A stretch of DNA of 64,000 nt from Schmidtea nova. Its lineage: Eukaryota. Location of the stretch: positions 12,462,001 to 12,526,000 of the forward strand of contig CM097882.1 in assembly GCA_044892505.1 (NCBI GenBank), read 5' to 3'. Shown here piece after piece: positions 1 to 11,122 of this stretch (positions are counted from its first letter, which is position 1; every line of letters starts with the position of its first letter). A program made the translations under genes and the position numbers. A model generated the notes under the pieces. That model worked only from the letters and a program-made list of their open reading frames with translations. It was not told where the DNA came from and searched no databases.

Positions 1-689
1 ATAAATAAGAATTACCCCAATTATCTTGAGCATGTTTATACATATTTACGATCGTTGAATTTATGTTGTTGTCCATATCAAGCTGAAAAAATCAAAAATA
101 ATTCGACATAAAATTTTATTTATTTCTTAATATCAATAAAATGGTTATAGTAAAGAATANNNNNNNNNNNNNNNNNNNNNNNNNNNNNNNNNNNNNNNNN
201 NNNNNNNNNNNNNNNNNNNNNNNNNNNNNNNNNNNNNNNNNNNNNNNNNNNNNNNNNNNNNNNNNNNNNNNNNNNNNNNNNNNNNNNNNNNNNNNNNNNN
301 NNNNNNNNNNNNNNNNNNNNNNNNNNNNNNAAAATATCTCAAAATATTCCAAAGACCAAATAAACTCCCGAAGTTTGATAAGAGTCAACATAAAACTTTT
401 TCATTATTTAGGAACATGTACTCATGAAGGCTGGATACATCCGCTGTCGAATATCATTGAACTGAACCTGTTGGCTATTAGGAAGTTTTAATTATTTTAA
501 TTAATATTTTTAATTAATTATTTTTTGCTACCCCCTTATTCTTTACTATAGTCAATAAAATAATAAAACGATAGTCACATGTCCATCGTTATTGGTGTGT
601 CGAGGAGGCTTGGAGGTTAAATAAAGCTATATACTAAAAACTCATAAAAAAGGAGTAACGTGTTGTTAGACAGTGAATTGAAATAACAT

Positions 690-840
690 TATCGTTTTTA
701 TGTAATGGCACAATGGTCACGCAAGATTTGTTATGGTCTATCAAGGAATATGGTTCCAAACAAGAAATACGAATTCCCATTACAACTGAGAATTATTGCA
801 AACCACTATAGTTTTTGATGATAGCTTCTTTAGGTAGCTA
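690..840 (+). pseudogene. Possible decayed protein-primed DNA polymerase B (Polinton) exonuclease-region fragment
   Basis: Broken frames give 'MA(H)NG'-like and 'IVFDDSFF..L' strings resembling the pPolB AHN and FxDS motifs. It lies just upstream of the clearer Polinton relics. Heavily degraded. Confidence 0.3.
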
Positions 841-852
841 GGTTGTTGGAAA

Positions 853-922
853 ATGTAAGATCTTGTAAGATCATGTAAGATCATGTAAGATCATGTAAGA
901 TCATGTAAGATCATGTAAGATC
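853..922. repeat. 10-bp tandem repeat (ATGTAAGATC)x7
   Basis: Directly visible; one unit has a substitution. Confidence 0.95.
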
Positions 923-1224
923 TACCTAACCCTTGTTTTGTAAAAGCAATTTCTGCCTATTTCTATTGAAACGTCAAACCAGTTCTCAAATAATTTTTAG
1001 TAAGATTAGGTGTTTATGACAAAACTTAAAGGTCAATGTAGTGGGCCGTTATACGATCTTATCGAAATCTTATAAGTCTCATATGACATGCGAAATCACT
1101 TCCAAGTCTACTGAAAACCACCCAAGAAGAAACTATAGCAAGCATTTTTGTAAGCTTAGTCGAACATCACTCTTGTGATGGTCGCATAATACTAATACAA
1201 TAATATCAACAGAAATCTAGTGAA

Positions 1225-2090
1225 AAATGTCGAGATGGGTATGCTGACGTAGAATTTTACATCAATGGTTCTCAAAATAAATATTTAGATTTGAATGATA
1301 TTTTATTACCTGTTAAGATTAAATCTGTTAATAAAATCAAAAATACTAGTCTATGCTGTAAATGTTGACCAAATAATTTCGTATTCCATACACTTTTTAA
1401 AGATGCAATTCTTGGTTTTTATAACATCATAGTTGAAGGTTGAAACAATACTTATGCACAAAAGTCAATAATCGAAACTGTTTTAAATTATAAGTGATAC
1501 AATAAATATTTGTGTTACACTCATGGGATATGCAAAATTATGGAAAATTCTCAGTCGCAAGTTCAATATTGCAACATCTTAATCGTACGACGTTATCTTT
1601 ATCAAAGAATGCTGATTATCGAGAAACATACTTGAATTTTGACTTATTGTTAGAAATGTGGAATAAATTTGGATATAAACATAAATTTAGTTATAAATCT
1701 GAATTTTACTATTTTTGGCTCTCGATTTTGATTTTAATCAGTCAATTTTCACAAAGTGGTAATTTGAAATTGGCATGATTTATTTGCTAAGTATTTTTTT
1801 CAAGAATTTATGTCATCTTGAAGAAGTCTTTATTTCCTTTACTTGGCAATTGTATATTCTACAATGATTTTAATTAATTTATTTCGGAGAAATATTTATT
1901 AATTAGAATTCAATTAACTACATTGCATTCGGTAATTCTTGAATAAAAATTCTTAGTATTTAAATAGTTACGATTTAGGATTAGATATCAAATTTGCTAA
2001 AACTTTTAGGGAACCGGCAGATATCAGAATATATGGAGTGTTTGAAAGTGAAATCAAAATAACAGCAAATTGAACAATTTTGGTATAAAA
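1225..2090 (+). pseudogene. Decayed Polinton/Maverick major capsid protein gene
   Basis: Blocks align by eye with the MCP at 62203-63423, e.g. gtagaattttacatcaatggttctcaa vs gtggaattttatattaacggatctcaa, the shared gattatcgagaaacata, and atatatggagtgtttgaaagtgaaatc vs atatatggagtatttgaaaatgaaatc. Many stops and deletions. Confidence 0.85.
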
Positions 2091-2149
2091 TATTCACGTA
2101 GCAATTTCTTTTCATTTTTAAAAAAACCATAATAATTGTAATAGTTTTA

Positions 2150-2445
2150 TTCAGATTAATCGAATTAGTACAAAATTATTTTGATCAAAGTTTCCTGGTT
2201 TTTTCACTAAATAAAATATCTCATATGAATGATAATAATGCCATAATTATCAATACTCAATCATCTTGGCTAGGAACATTGGATTGTCTTTTATTTGAAG
2301 CCTGAAAATATTTATATTTTTGACCCGAATAGTTATTATTATCCGTTATTGAATACAATAACGTTTTGAATACAACTAAATTAAATATCAGGAACTGTTT
2401 ACAACTACTTATGGACAATATTGTCTGTTTTGGTTAAAATAATGT
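2150..2445 (+). pseudogene. Decayed Polinton adenain-like cysteine protease gene
   Basis: Matches 63515-63844 (aatactcaatcatct, gaacattggattg, tttgacccg, ggacaatattgtct) and follows the MCP relic in the same gene order. Confidence 0.75.
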
Positions 2446-2700
2446 TATGAACGTTGTTTCGGGCAATGCTGTGTGCGCATGGCTGGATTTAAATTCTCCC
2501 GTCTGTGTGCGCAATTAATTGGCAATGTTTTTTTGGTTTTATGCGTCTGTGTGCGCCTTTATAATTTTTGTGAGCTCTCGCGTCTGTGTGCGCAGAGCTG
2601 TTGCTTTTTTGCGTCTGTCTGCGCATTTTCTTTTAGTAGAGAACGAGTGAATTTTGGTAATTGAATTTTGGACACTTAGAGTTTTAATTTGGAGATTTAA

Positions 2701-3138
2701 TTGGATTTCTGTGGATTTAAAAGAAGTATATTGTTCTCTATGATTCAAATGACTATAGAGATAATCACATCATATTTTAATCATGTCGGCAACGTTCTCA
2801 CACAAGAAGACTCAAATTCGATGGTTGTCATTCAAACTAAAGACGATTTTTGGAAACGAAAGTGTATTTCTATAGATTGTGAAAATATTATATCTCCAAT
2901 AGATATCAATCCTTCCTTTCAATTTAAGAAAGTTAATTGTGATTCAAGGTCAATTTTAATATCGAGAATTCAAATATCTGACGTACGTCAACAATCCAAA
3001 GCTTCTTTTGATGATTTCAAGTTAAACAGTGATATCTTTAACACTATGACAGACGAATTTTTTACTGATGAAAATAAAAATGCATTAAAAATGGTCTTGG
3101 CTCGATTCAAATATTTGACTTGTTTTTTATTGACGTAA
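2701..3138 (+). CDS. Unassigned 145-aa ORF next to the Polinton relic
   Basis: Open frame in very AT-rich DNA, preceded by GC-richer gcgtctgtgtgcgc repeats (2470-2625). No motif recognised; TTG start. Confidence 0.25.
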   Translation: MDFCGFKRSILFSMIQMTIEIITSYFNHVGNVLTQEDSNSMVVIQTKDDFWKRKCISIDCENIISPIDINPSFQFKKVNCDSRSILISRIQISDVRQQSKASFDDFKLNSDIFNTMTDEFFTDENKNALKMVLARFKYLTCFLLT

Positions 3139-3706
3139 ATGATTTTGAAGTAGAGAATTAATTTATTAAAAGGTTAGGCATTATTAATGATGAGAATTTA
3201 AAATCATTAAGTTGGATCTTTAATAAGTTAAATAAATCAAATAACGATGAAATTTATTTGAAATGGTGGAAAGAAGTACCTTTTGTGCAGAATGCAACTG
3301 ATAAGTATAGAAGTTAAAAAATCAATTTTAATGTTATTTATCAAAGGAAAATCGAGATTTTGAAAAATTATTTTTTTGTAATGATATTAATAGAATATTC
3401 TTTAAAATATTCTCCAAATTTTCCATTAAACATTATGTGTCCCTTTTGCGAACATTACATTTGTGAGTATAAAGCTTATTTAATTGGAGCATCATATTAT
3501 ATAAAAATTCATCAAGTCTTTGTTATATTAGTATGTGTGTCATCGTTTCATTGGTTGACATTTCTTATCAACATGAATAACACAATTGGTAAGTTTTGTT
3601 GTTCTTTTAATAATAATGATCATGTTTAGAAATATGGTCACATTCTGAAAAGGATCAAGGGAAATGGATGAATGATAATTTATAATATTATTGTAGTGCC
3701 TCCGTC

Positions 3707-3707
<1 letters not shown>

Positions 3708-3733
<26 letters not shown>
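3708..3733. repeat. (TA)n microsatellite
   Basis: Directly visible. Confidence 0.95.
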
Positions 3734-3737
<4 letters not shown>

Positions 3738-3829
3738 AACTAATTTAATATATTATATTTACATAACTATATTAAATAAAAAGTAGAGAAATTTATAAAA
3801 AAGTTTGTTTAAAGTTGAAGAAGAGATAT

Positions 3830-3965
3830 CCGATTTGAAATTCAAACGCAAGCACTTTACAATAAATTTGAAATCCAAACGCAAGCAATTTACAATAAAT
3901 TTGAAATCCAAACGCAAGCAATTTACAATAAATTTGAAATCCAAACGCAAGCAATTTATAAACGC
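3830..3965. repeat. 33-bp tandem repeat (~4 copies, AAATTTGAAATCCAAACGCAAGCAATTTACAAT)
   Basis: Directly visible; it explains the repetitive ORFs 3759-3950 and 3805-4005. Confidence 0.9.
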
Positions 3966-4522
3966 AAAAAAATTGGAAAACTCACAAAAGAAGATATTTT
4001 TTTAAATAAATGTTTATTGAATATTTCTTCTTGTTTACTTTTGTTTTAGAGGTATCTGCAATGAAAGTTGCAACCCCAACAATTATTTTAACATGACAAA
4101 TAAATCGATACATTTTTCCCTTTCAATTAATTTGCAATAATGTAATACATGACTCTTTTCTTATAAATTTGTTCTTTTTTATCGGTTAATAAAAAATCTT
4201 TTGAGTTTTATTAGTATTATAAATAATAATCAATAAATAAGAAACTGAAAAAATAAAATTGTAACCTCAAAAAATATAATCCGATAATCAATAAATTTTG
4301 GATAAGCAAAGTAAATACTTGTAAATATATTCAGATGAATGACAAATAAAATTTTTTAAACAATTTTAGGGAGGGGTAAAAATATTAGGAGGGGGTTGGT
4401 GGTATTCTTTATTACTTAGGTCATATTAATTATGTATCCGTATTTTGAACAGAGTAAAATCTAAGTAAGCAATAATGAAAAGGAATGAATATTTTATAAT
4501 TTTAAAGGAAAACTATTCTTAC

Positions 4523-4741
4523 CATTACTCTATTGTATATATAACTATCTTGTATGAATACCCATTTGATATTTTTCTGGTACCATAATTGGTCAATTGT
4601 GACAAATTTGATAACTTGAGCTTTCTCAAAAGCAATACTTACACTGAGATTCGCCACATAAGCACATATCAACAGCAATGTAACCAACCATATTAATATA
4701 TAGAAGATCTGCGTTGAAATCATATTTGGCTTAACTAGCAT
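4523..4741 (-). CDS. Host ionotropic glutamate receptor/IR-like gene, exon encoding pore-M3 and start of S2
   Basis: IFYILIWLVTLLLICAYVANL resembles the iGluR M3 'SYTANL' helix, followed by FVTIDQLWYQKNIKW. Acceptor ttttcttcag at 4742-4743 and donor GTAAGA at 4522-4521; 219 nt, phase 0/0, no stop. Confidence 0.75.
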
Positions 4742-4790
4742 CTGAAGAAAATTATATTTGATTAAGTGTTCTATTTACGAATTTTTTACT

Positions 4791-4987
4791 ATTAATATCA
4801 GTAATTCCCATAATAGTAAGACTATAGTTCAAAATTATTTTTTTTAACAACTACACAATATTTCGGTACAGCCTTTATCAAGTGTGTATTTCGAACCTTA
4901 ATAAAGGATGTGCCGAAATATTGTGTACTTGTTTAAAAAAATAAATTTCATATTTAGTCTTACGTTATAGGAATTATTGATATTAAT
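4791..4987. mobile_element. Palindromic (foldback) MITE-like element, copy 1
   Basis: ~200-bp imperfect palindrome (acacaatatttcggtacag...tgtgccgaaatattgtgt). A related copy is at 49281-49480. Confidence 0.75.
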
Positions 4988-5120
4988 ATTTTAAAAAATC
5001 AAAGGTGAAACAAAAAGATAATTACGATAGAACTTTATACTGTATTGAAACATTAGCGCAATATATTAATAAAATTATTGTATCAATCCACTGAAGGTGT
5101 GTAAATAGGGTAATCCCAAA

Positions 5121-5456
5121 TTGAGAAAAGCATGTGTGTCATACTGTACAGAACAGCAAATTATAAAATCATTTAAGAAATATGAGATGATAAATGTAAT
5201 GGATGGTACCGAAGATGACACATTTTTTGAAGGGAGTTACAACTATAGTTCAGAGGAAAGTAATACAAATGGTGATATTAACGAGACGAGTAATAGTAAC
5301 AAGAGTGAAGATGAACTGAATATTCATAGTAAGAATTGTTTTAACAGTTAATAAAAATTGGGCTGAAAATATATTAATAGACTTAACAATATATTATATT
5401 CTAAAAATCGTCCAATAAATTAGAGGTGCGTCTTATGGTCCGAAAAATGTGGTATT
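5121..5456 (+). mobile_element. 3' remnant of a pogo/Tigger-like DNA transposon
   Basis: IIKSFKKYEMINVMDGTEDD matches the C-terminal KSFKKxxIxNxxDGxEDD signature of pogo DDE transposases. ggtgcgtcttatggtccgaaaaatgtggta resembles pogo-type TIRs ending in TA. Confidence 0.7.
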
Positions 5457-6585
5457 TCGTTGGCATTATTTGTAAAATTTTATCTCTCTTACTCATCACA
5501 CTTTAATACGAAAATTATTTTGCCCTTCTCCTGTCGCAACAAATAAATATAGATAGAAGTGTCAATTGATGGCTCAATTGATAGACTCATGAGAGAACAT
5601 ATGAAATCTTGATGACTTATGCATTCGATATGGCATTATCACTCTACATTTTAATGTTTCGTATTCGTTGTTATAACTCATAGATCTTTGTCTACAGGGT
5701 TCTAAACATATTTTCTTCAAAAGAATATGTGAAAGCATTGGCATATGGGGTTCCCAACTTCTCCTTAGAGTGACGTCTGTTCAAGGCTTTCAAGGCGTTC
5801 ATGCAACATAATGTTATAAATTTTGGCATCGGTATATTTATTTAAGTAAAATAAAATAAAGTTTTAATTAAATATGATCCAAAGTAATCAGTCAAAAGAA
5901 ATCTAGGAAAAGATTTGTAATAATGTTGGGTTAGTAAAAATGACAATAAGGCTGAAAAAATTAGACAATAATACAAACAATTAAATAATTAACTAGGAAG
6001 AGAAATTATAAAATAAAATAAAAACTGAAATAGCATAGAATTGAGAAAATAATGCTAATTAAAACAAAATGATGAAAACAATATAGTTCTTGCAATGGAG
6101 CTCACCTGTCGATTTGCAGTCGGCTGTCATTCACAATATCAACGTAAATAAATAGGGTATTTACAGGTGCATGAATAGTAAGATTTTTATGTGCGTGTTG
6201 TGACCCTAGAGCGAAAGGGAACTCAGAGGAAAGATAAGCATCTGTATATTTTGACAACACGACCAACAATAATTTATTTTTTCTGCAAAAATTTGATACA
6301 TTAAATTGTGTCGATATATCTTATGCAAGTTTTATTGGCAGACTGATTTCGAGTTTATTTGGTTTTCGTCAGTACCATTGGTCAATTTCGAGTATAAAAA
6401 GTAAGCATATATTAGATGATAATTTATATGTTGGATTTTAGCATCAATGCAAAAATAATATTTCTTAATTAAAATGCTGGTGTGTTGGTTCGATGGACAA
6501 CTGAGATCATTTAGATGTTAAACGTTAGGGTGATCTCGCCAACATAAAAAACATTCCCCCGCTGACACCCATGATGTATCCCTAA

Positions 6586-6813
6586 CTACTCATCATGTTG
6601 GTGCAGTGTCAACGTTGTGAAATGACAAGGCAGGTGAGCAACCTTGCGGCTACTATTCCCTTGTTTATTCACGGGTCCACCACTACCGATAGAAGGTGTT
6701 TGTGGATTTCTTTCGGTCCCAATTATACGCTCTCTTATTGTCCTAGGGTGAATCAATTTTAGAGTGCCTACAATCTCAAATGAATCAGGTTTTACCTTAC
6801 ATTTAATTTCCAA
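6586..6813 (-). CDS. LTR-encoded 75-aa ORF of unknown function
   Basis: Identical translation in both LTRs (copy at 33310-33537); short, no motif. Confidence 0.3.
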   Translation of the reverse strand: MEIKCKVKPDSFEIVGTLKLIHPRTIRERIIGTERNPQTPSIGSGGPVNKQGNSSRKVAHLPCHFTTLTLHQHDE

Positions 6814-6857
6814 TCATACTTCAAGAAAACAAATCAAGTCATTTCATGAGAATACAT

Positions 6858-7421
6858 TTATTTACAATTTAACAAAACCGATGGTCGGATTACGTTCAAT
6901 AGTTCATGCTCGGAGAGTCCACTGAGCAGATCGACCTCAATGCCCAGGCGTTCGGCATAGGCTCGACGCTCTTGACGTTTCTTTGCTCCGAGGCGGTTCC
7001 GACGCTTTGTCCTCTGGGATCCCTTCGGAGTTATCGTTATCGACTCAGTAGTCGTTGTTGCGGTTGTCTCCGTTTCAGTTTGAGTACTGGTGGTGACTGC
7101 TATTGTTTTTACCCACTTATCGAATGTACTCGCCCTGATCCTTGTGCGTAACTGTTCCGTGATGAATTCTTGCGTCGAGGCCTTTAGGTAATTTGCCAAT
7201 TCCAATTTCAACGCTGCGACTTCTCTTGCCTGCTCTTCGGCTGCTTGATCTGCGCGATATCTCGCCTGTAGGATGGTCTTGACCCTCTCGGGGTTGAACC
7301 ATGTCGTTTTCACCCGTTGGTGTTCTTCGCTTAACTGACGTAAGCGACTCTCGAGGACTCTGGAACGGGCCTTGTGCTCGCGAGCCTCCTGTTTATAATT
7401 CCGTGTATCCTCAGCTTTCAT
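6858..7421 (-). CDS. LTR-encoded coiled-coil protein (187 aa)
   Basis: ATG-initiated, heptad-rich N-half and basic C-terminus. The 5' LTR copy (33582-34145) has TGG>TGA at 33837-33839. Confidence 0.55.
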   Translation of the reverse strand: MKAEDTRNYKQEAREHKARSRVLESRLRQLSEEHQRVKTTWFNPERVKTILQARYRADQAAEEQAREVAALKLELANYLKASTQEFITEQLRTRIRASTFDKWVKTIAVTTSTQTETETTATTTTESITITPKGSQRTKRRNRLGAKKRQERRAYAERLGIEVDLLSGLSEHELLNVIRPSVLLNCK

Positions 7422-7630
7422 GTCTAGAAAATCGGGTATTAATTTATGTCACGACAACCGTTTGTTTATCTATCCTTGTCTCTGTGTTAACACAATTATT
7501 CCTGATTCATACACTCATCCGCATGCATTCGTATATCAGAACAATAAATGTGCACTAAAACAAACAGATTTTATTTTTACAACAGGGTGTCATTAGTTTG
7601 ATCTTCGAGTTGATGGCCCTGGCCTATCCT

Positions 7631-8305
7631 TTACTGCAGGAACGATCGTAATTCTTGATCTGCGGGATTATCATCTCGTCGGATCCCGTTTGCGTGATAT
7701 AGCTCCGGGGATGGGTGCCAGCTCAGCTTGCCTTGGTGTATTAACACCTCCCACAAGCGGAGATCCTTGGGTTCCGGATGGCGATCCAACGTGACACTTC
7801 CGGGAGCGTTCGAATAGGATTGGACTTCCCCAGTGTCGCTACACCGAGGCCTGTCCAGCAGCAGGTATCCAAGATGATATAGCGATTGACCAGTCATCGC
7901 TTCCGAGCTTAACAACCATCGTGGCTGTCCGGATTCATCCAGGAATTGATAGAACCACTGTGTGGGTTTCTGTTCCGAAGGGCTCGAAGATGACGTCCAA
8001 TTTGCGTCTCCCTCCCATCGGAATTGTATTCGGAACGCGCAGGCTGGGACGTTAGCGGCCACGTTCATGTGCCGTCGCATCCATCGACGCAGATGTCGGT
8101 GCGCTAGCTCGGCGATTGGCCGTGGGGCGTCCTTCTCCCCTTGAATTTCGGTCATATATCTGTGATTGGCGACAGATCGGACCTGCCGTTTCCTTCGAGC
8201 GAGACGACTCTCCTTTGTCGCGGGCGGCGAGACCAATGGCGGATTCGAGAGTTTTTCGTGTTTCATACCTTCTTTCTGAATGAGATGATGCTTGATTTTA
8301 TTCAT
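7631..8305 (-). CDS. LTR-encoded 224-aa protein of unknown function
   Basis: ATG-initiated, GC-richer than its flanks, open in both LTRs (copy at 34354-35028). Basic NLS-like RLARRKRQ and a Trp-rich C-half. Confidence 0.65.
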   Translation of the reverse strand: MNKIKHHLIQKEGMKHEKLSNPPLVSPPATKESRLARRKRQVRSVANHRYMTEIQGEKDAPRPIAELAHRHLRRWMRRHMNVAANVPACAFRIQFRWEGDANWTSSSSPSEQKPTQWFYQFLDESGQPRWLLSSEAMTGQSLYHLGYLLLDRPRCSDTGEVQSYSNAPGSVTLDRHPEPKDLRLWEVLIHQGKLSWHPSPELYHANGIRRDDNPADQELRSFLQ

Positions 8306-9763
8306 CCATCATTAATTTTTATCGGTTATATATACTTAGTCAACTTCGTGAGTAGCAATTGGTTTTAAGTAGGCCTCACCCGTCCGGTGAGTTGGTTGCA
8401 TTCAGAATGACGAGCGATGTATGTAGGACGGTAGGTTGGTAGATCATACTCAGTTGAGTTGGTTTTAACTCCGCTTGTAAACTCAATTTATTAAATCGCG
8501 CATCAGCACATCACGGCTTACGATATTATTCTTATGTTTATTTTAACAGACATTCTCCGTTATTCACCATTCATCTCATCAATAACTACCAATGACCATC
8601 ATTCTCTGGGTGATTTGGGTGATTCCCTAAAATTGGGTTCATTATTTAGCATATTTCCATTTCATGTTCGAATGTGTGTTTATTCATAATGCTTAGCGTT
8701 GGTTAAATGCGCTTTATACCATACGCTGTTGATTTATCGTTTCACCGCCTATTATACGCACTACAATTATCCCTGTTGGAATCATGGTTTATATAAGGTT
8801 ATAGACACCCCATGTGCACACACCCCCTTCCCGATTACCAAATAGTTAGAAAACTTATAGTCCCGCCGCATCGGTACCTCATATAAGAATATGTTGTACC
8901 GAGAGGCCAAGAATCCGCCAGGCTGTTAGGCCTCCGGAAAAGTCCTTATTGATTTTAATATGAATAATAATTATGAGGGTTTAAGCTAATAATATAGAAC
9001 ACAACTCGAATTTACCTTTTATTTCCACTTCCAAGTTGTTTACAAGGTTCAATTGTCAAATTCACACTCAGTAATTTGGTAAAATTTTAACGACTTACAC
9101 TTGGTAAAACAATAATGACATTCCCAATACTGATTTGACTTCAGTATATATACTCATTTGGTGTTGTTGGTCAGCCAATCAGCATCGAGTATGTGTGTCT
9201 GTCTGGTCATTCTTTTGTGTTTGTCGGCTTTTTGCTGTCTAATTTAACTCAATGATTTGTTTGTTTAATCATGCGGTAAGTTTATTTTGGTATGATTTAA
9301 TTTTAATTTTATTTTTGTTTCAGGTCTTCGGTGATGTCCGCCTACCTGTTGTCATTTTCAGATTTTATCTGATTCGCATGGGTGAGTTTTTAAGATTTAT
9401 GTTATTCTGATTAATGCTTTATTTCTTTTAGATGTTACCGCTTATTTGCTACCTTTTGGTGTTTGTAATTTATTTTGTTGTTATTTTTGTATATTTATTT
9501 TATTGATTGTGTATTATTTTTCAGATGCTGCTCGATTCGGCTGGCCCAACATCACTCGGGGTCCCCTAAAATTGCGTCCCGCAATTACATGCATATACCT
9601 ACATCAACATACTTAAAAAGTTCGTGACAGAATTTACATTCCGAACCACATAAGGTGGTAGCTTTTATACACATTCATACAAAGTCACGCATTGTCATTG
9701 TCATGTTTATATTGTTTATGGTTTATACACAGTTCAATGTTTCTGGCTCATAAGGGTCGATTT

Positions 9764-10288
9764 TCAGGTCCTTTCACTGATTGACTGCATTTCGTATCGG
9801 GCTTGAATTTGTCGCAGATGGCTTCTCGTTCTTTGTTGGGTTTTTGCTTCTCTTCTGGCGCATCTACACATTATCGTTTGTTGTTGTTTGAGGCTTCTGA
9901 TTCGATATAGGGTATAGGTAATCACTAGGATCAAGATGATTGTCAATATTGTCATTGTGACTATTCCGACGATGATCCATCTGTTTGGGATTTCGGATTC
10001 GATTTGGGTTTGACCTTTGATTGGCTTTAGCTGATCTTGAAATGTTCTATGGATTTCTCGGATCTTCTCGATTTGATTGAATAAGGTTTGTAAGGGTTTG
10101 CGATGATCATGGCTGATTCGCGTTTGCCGGATTAATTGTTTCAAGTCTTCTCTGACTTCGTTTAGTTGGTTCTCGATCTTTTGGGATATCTCGTTGGACA
10201 GGGTTCTTTGGATTTCGGTTGTCGAAAGGTTCATGATTATATTAGTTAACATAATAGCTAGGATTGGTAGGGTTTTGAGCCAGTTCAT
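9764..10288 (-). CDS. Accessory type-I-like membrane protein (signal peptide, coiled coil, TM helix), 174 aa
   Basis: N-terminal MNWLKTLPILAIMLTNIIMNLS, heptad repeats, TM WIIVGIVTMTILTIILILVITYTLY, basic tail. Confidence 0.75.
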   Translation of the reverse strand: MNWLKTLPILAIMLTNIIMNLSTTEIQRTLSNEISQKIENQLNEVREDLKQLIRQTRISHDHRKPLQTLFNQIEKIREIHRTFQDQLKPIKGQTQIESEIPNRWIIVGIVTMTILTIILILVITYTLYRIRSLKQQQTIMCRCARREAKTQQRTRSHLRQIQARYEMQSISERT

Positions 10289-10361
10289 TTCTGATTATTC
10301 TACTGATTAATACATGTTACGTCGATTTGTACATTTTTACACTCGGATTTTTCGCCTCTTT

Positions 10362-11093
10362 TTACACATCCGTTTCCTCTGGTTCATGGAACCCTTCATC
10401 TTGGAGCTCTATTGGTGGTAGTGGTATAAACGGTAACCACACCACTCTGCTTCTCCACATTGCAATTTCATCTTGATACGTTCGAGAGATTTGTATCTCT
10501 TCATCTAACAGATACTCCATATAATCTGATTGTTCGCTCAGAGTTTCGATTTGTCTTTCCATTTCTTCCACTTTTCTCTTCAGGGCTTCTACTTCTGTTG
10601 GTTCGGTTTCTACTTCTATGGTTTCTTTCTCTGCTTTCAGGGTTATTATTTGTTCTTTCAGCTCCTCGTTTTCTTTCGTCAAATTCGTTATGTTTTCCTC
10701 ATAAGCTCGGTTTGATTCCCCATGTCTTTCCTTCACTGCTTTCAACTCTATTTTCTTTTGGGTCAACACCCCTTGATAACCATTTACATCTCTTTCCAGA
10801 CTTTCTTTTTCCCTGATCAACTTTTGTCTTTCCGCTTCCTCTTTCTGTCTGATACCTCGCATTTCTCCATTTATCATCTGTATTTGCCATTGCGTTTTCT
10901 TTAATTCCTTTGCCTGTTCTCGAATAAATCGCTGCCGTTTTCGACTCCATTCTTTGTTTGTCTGTTCTTGTCGTTTTCTCTGTTCCAATTCCTCTTTCAA
11001 TTCGTCTATCTCTTGATACAGTTTCCAATCTTCGCTGTATGCTGTCTTTCTGATTAACTCTTTGGCTTCTTTATATACTCGTTTCGACTCCAT
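10362..11093 (-). CDS. Accessory coiled-coil protein, 243 aa, ending ...EPEETDV
   Basis: Long E/K/Q-rich heptad ORF with the same purine-rich coding bias as pol. Confidence 0.7.
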   Translation of the reverse strand: MESKRVYKEAKELIRKTAYSEDWKLYQEIDELKEELEQRKRQEQTNKEWSRKRQRFIREQAKELKKTQWQIQMINGEMRGIRQKEEAERQKLIREKESLERDVNGYQGVLTQKKIELKAVKERHGESNRAYEENITNLTKENEELKEQIITLKAEKETIEVETEPTEVEALKRKVEEMERQIETLSEQSDYMEYLLDEEIQISRTYQDEIAMWRSRVVWLPFIPLPPIELQDEGFHEPEETDV

Positions 11094-11122
11094 CTTCCAA
11101 TGTCTCGCTTGAGCTTTGATCG

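Larger units (their letters stand above)
6475..9551 (-). repeat. 3' LTR (3077 bp) of the giant element
   Basis: Near-identical to 33199-36274 with scattered substitutions (a few percent by eye, not computed). Imperfect terminal inverted repeat TGTTGG...CCAGCA. Confidence 0.95.

Noticed and set aside
116-491. ORFs spanning N-runs (also 37036-37630, 46671-46890, 47042-47407)
   Set aside because: Open only because of assembly gaps (160-330, 37173-37600, 46721-46856, 47139-47312).
5700-5830. Non-LTR retrotransposon RT fragment (minus strand AKIYNIMLHERL)
   Set aside because: Single short motif with stops nearby and no further RT motifs found.
6471-6474. 5- or 6-bp target-site duplication
   Set aside because: Flanks match only over AAAA (TAAAA left vs AAAAT right); a 4-bp A-run is itself weak evidence in AT-rich DNA.
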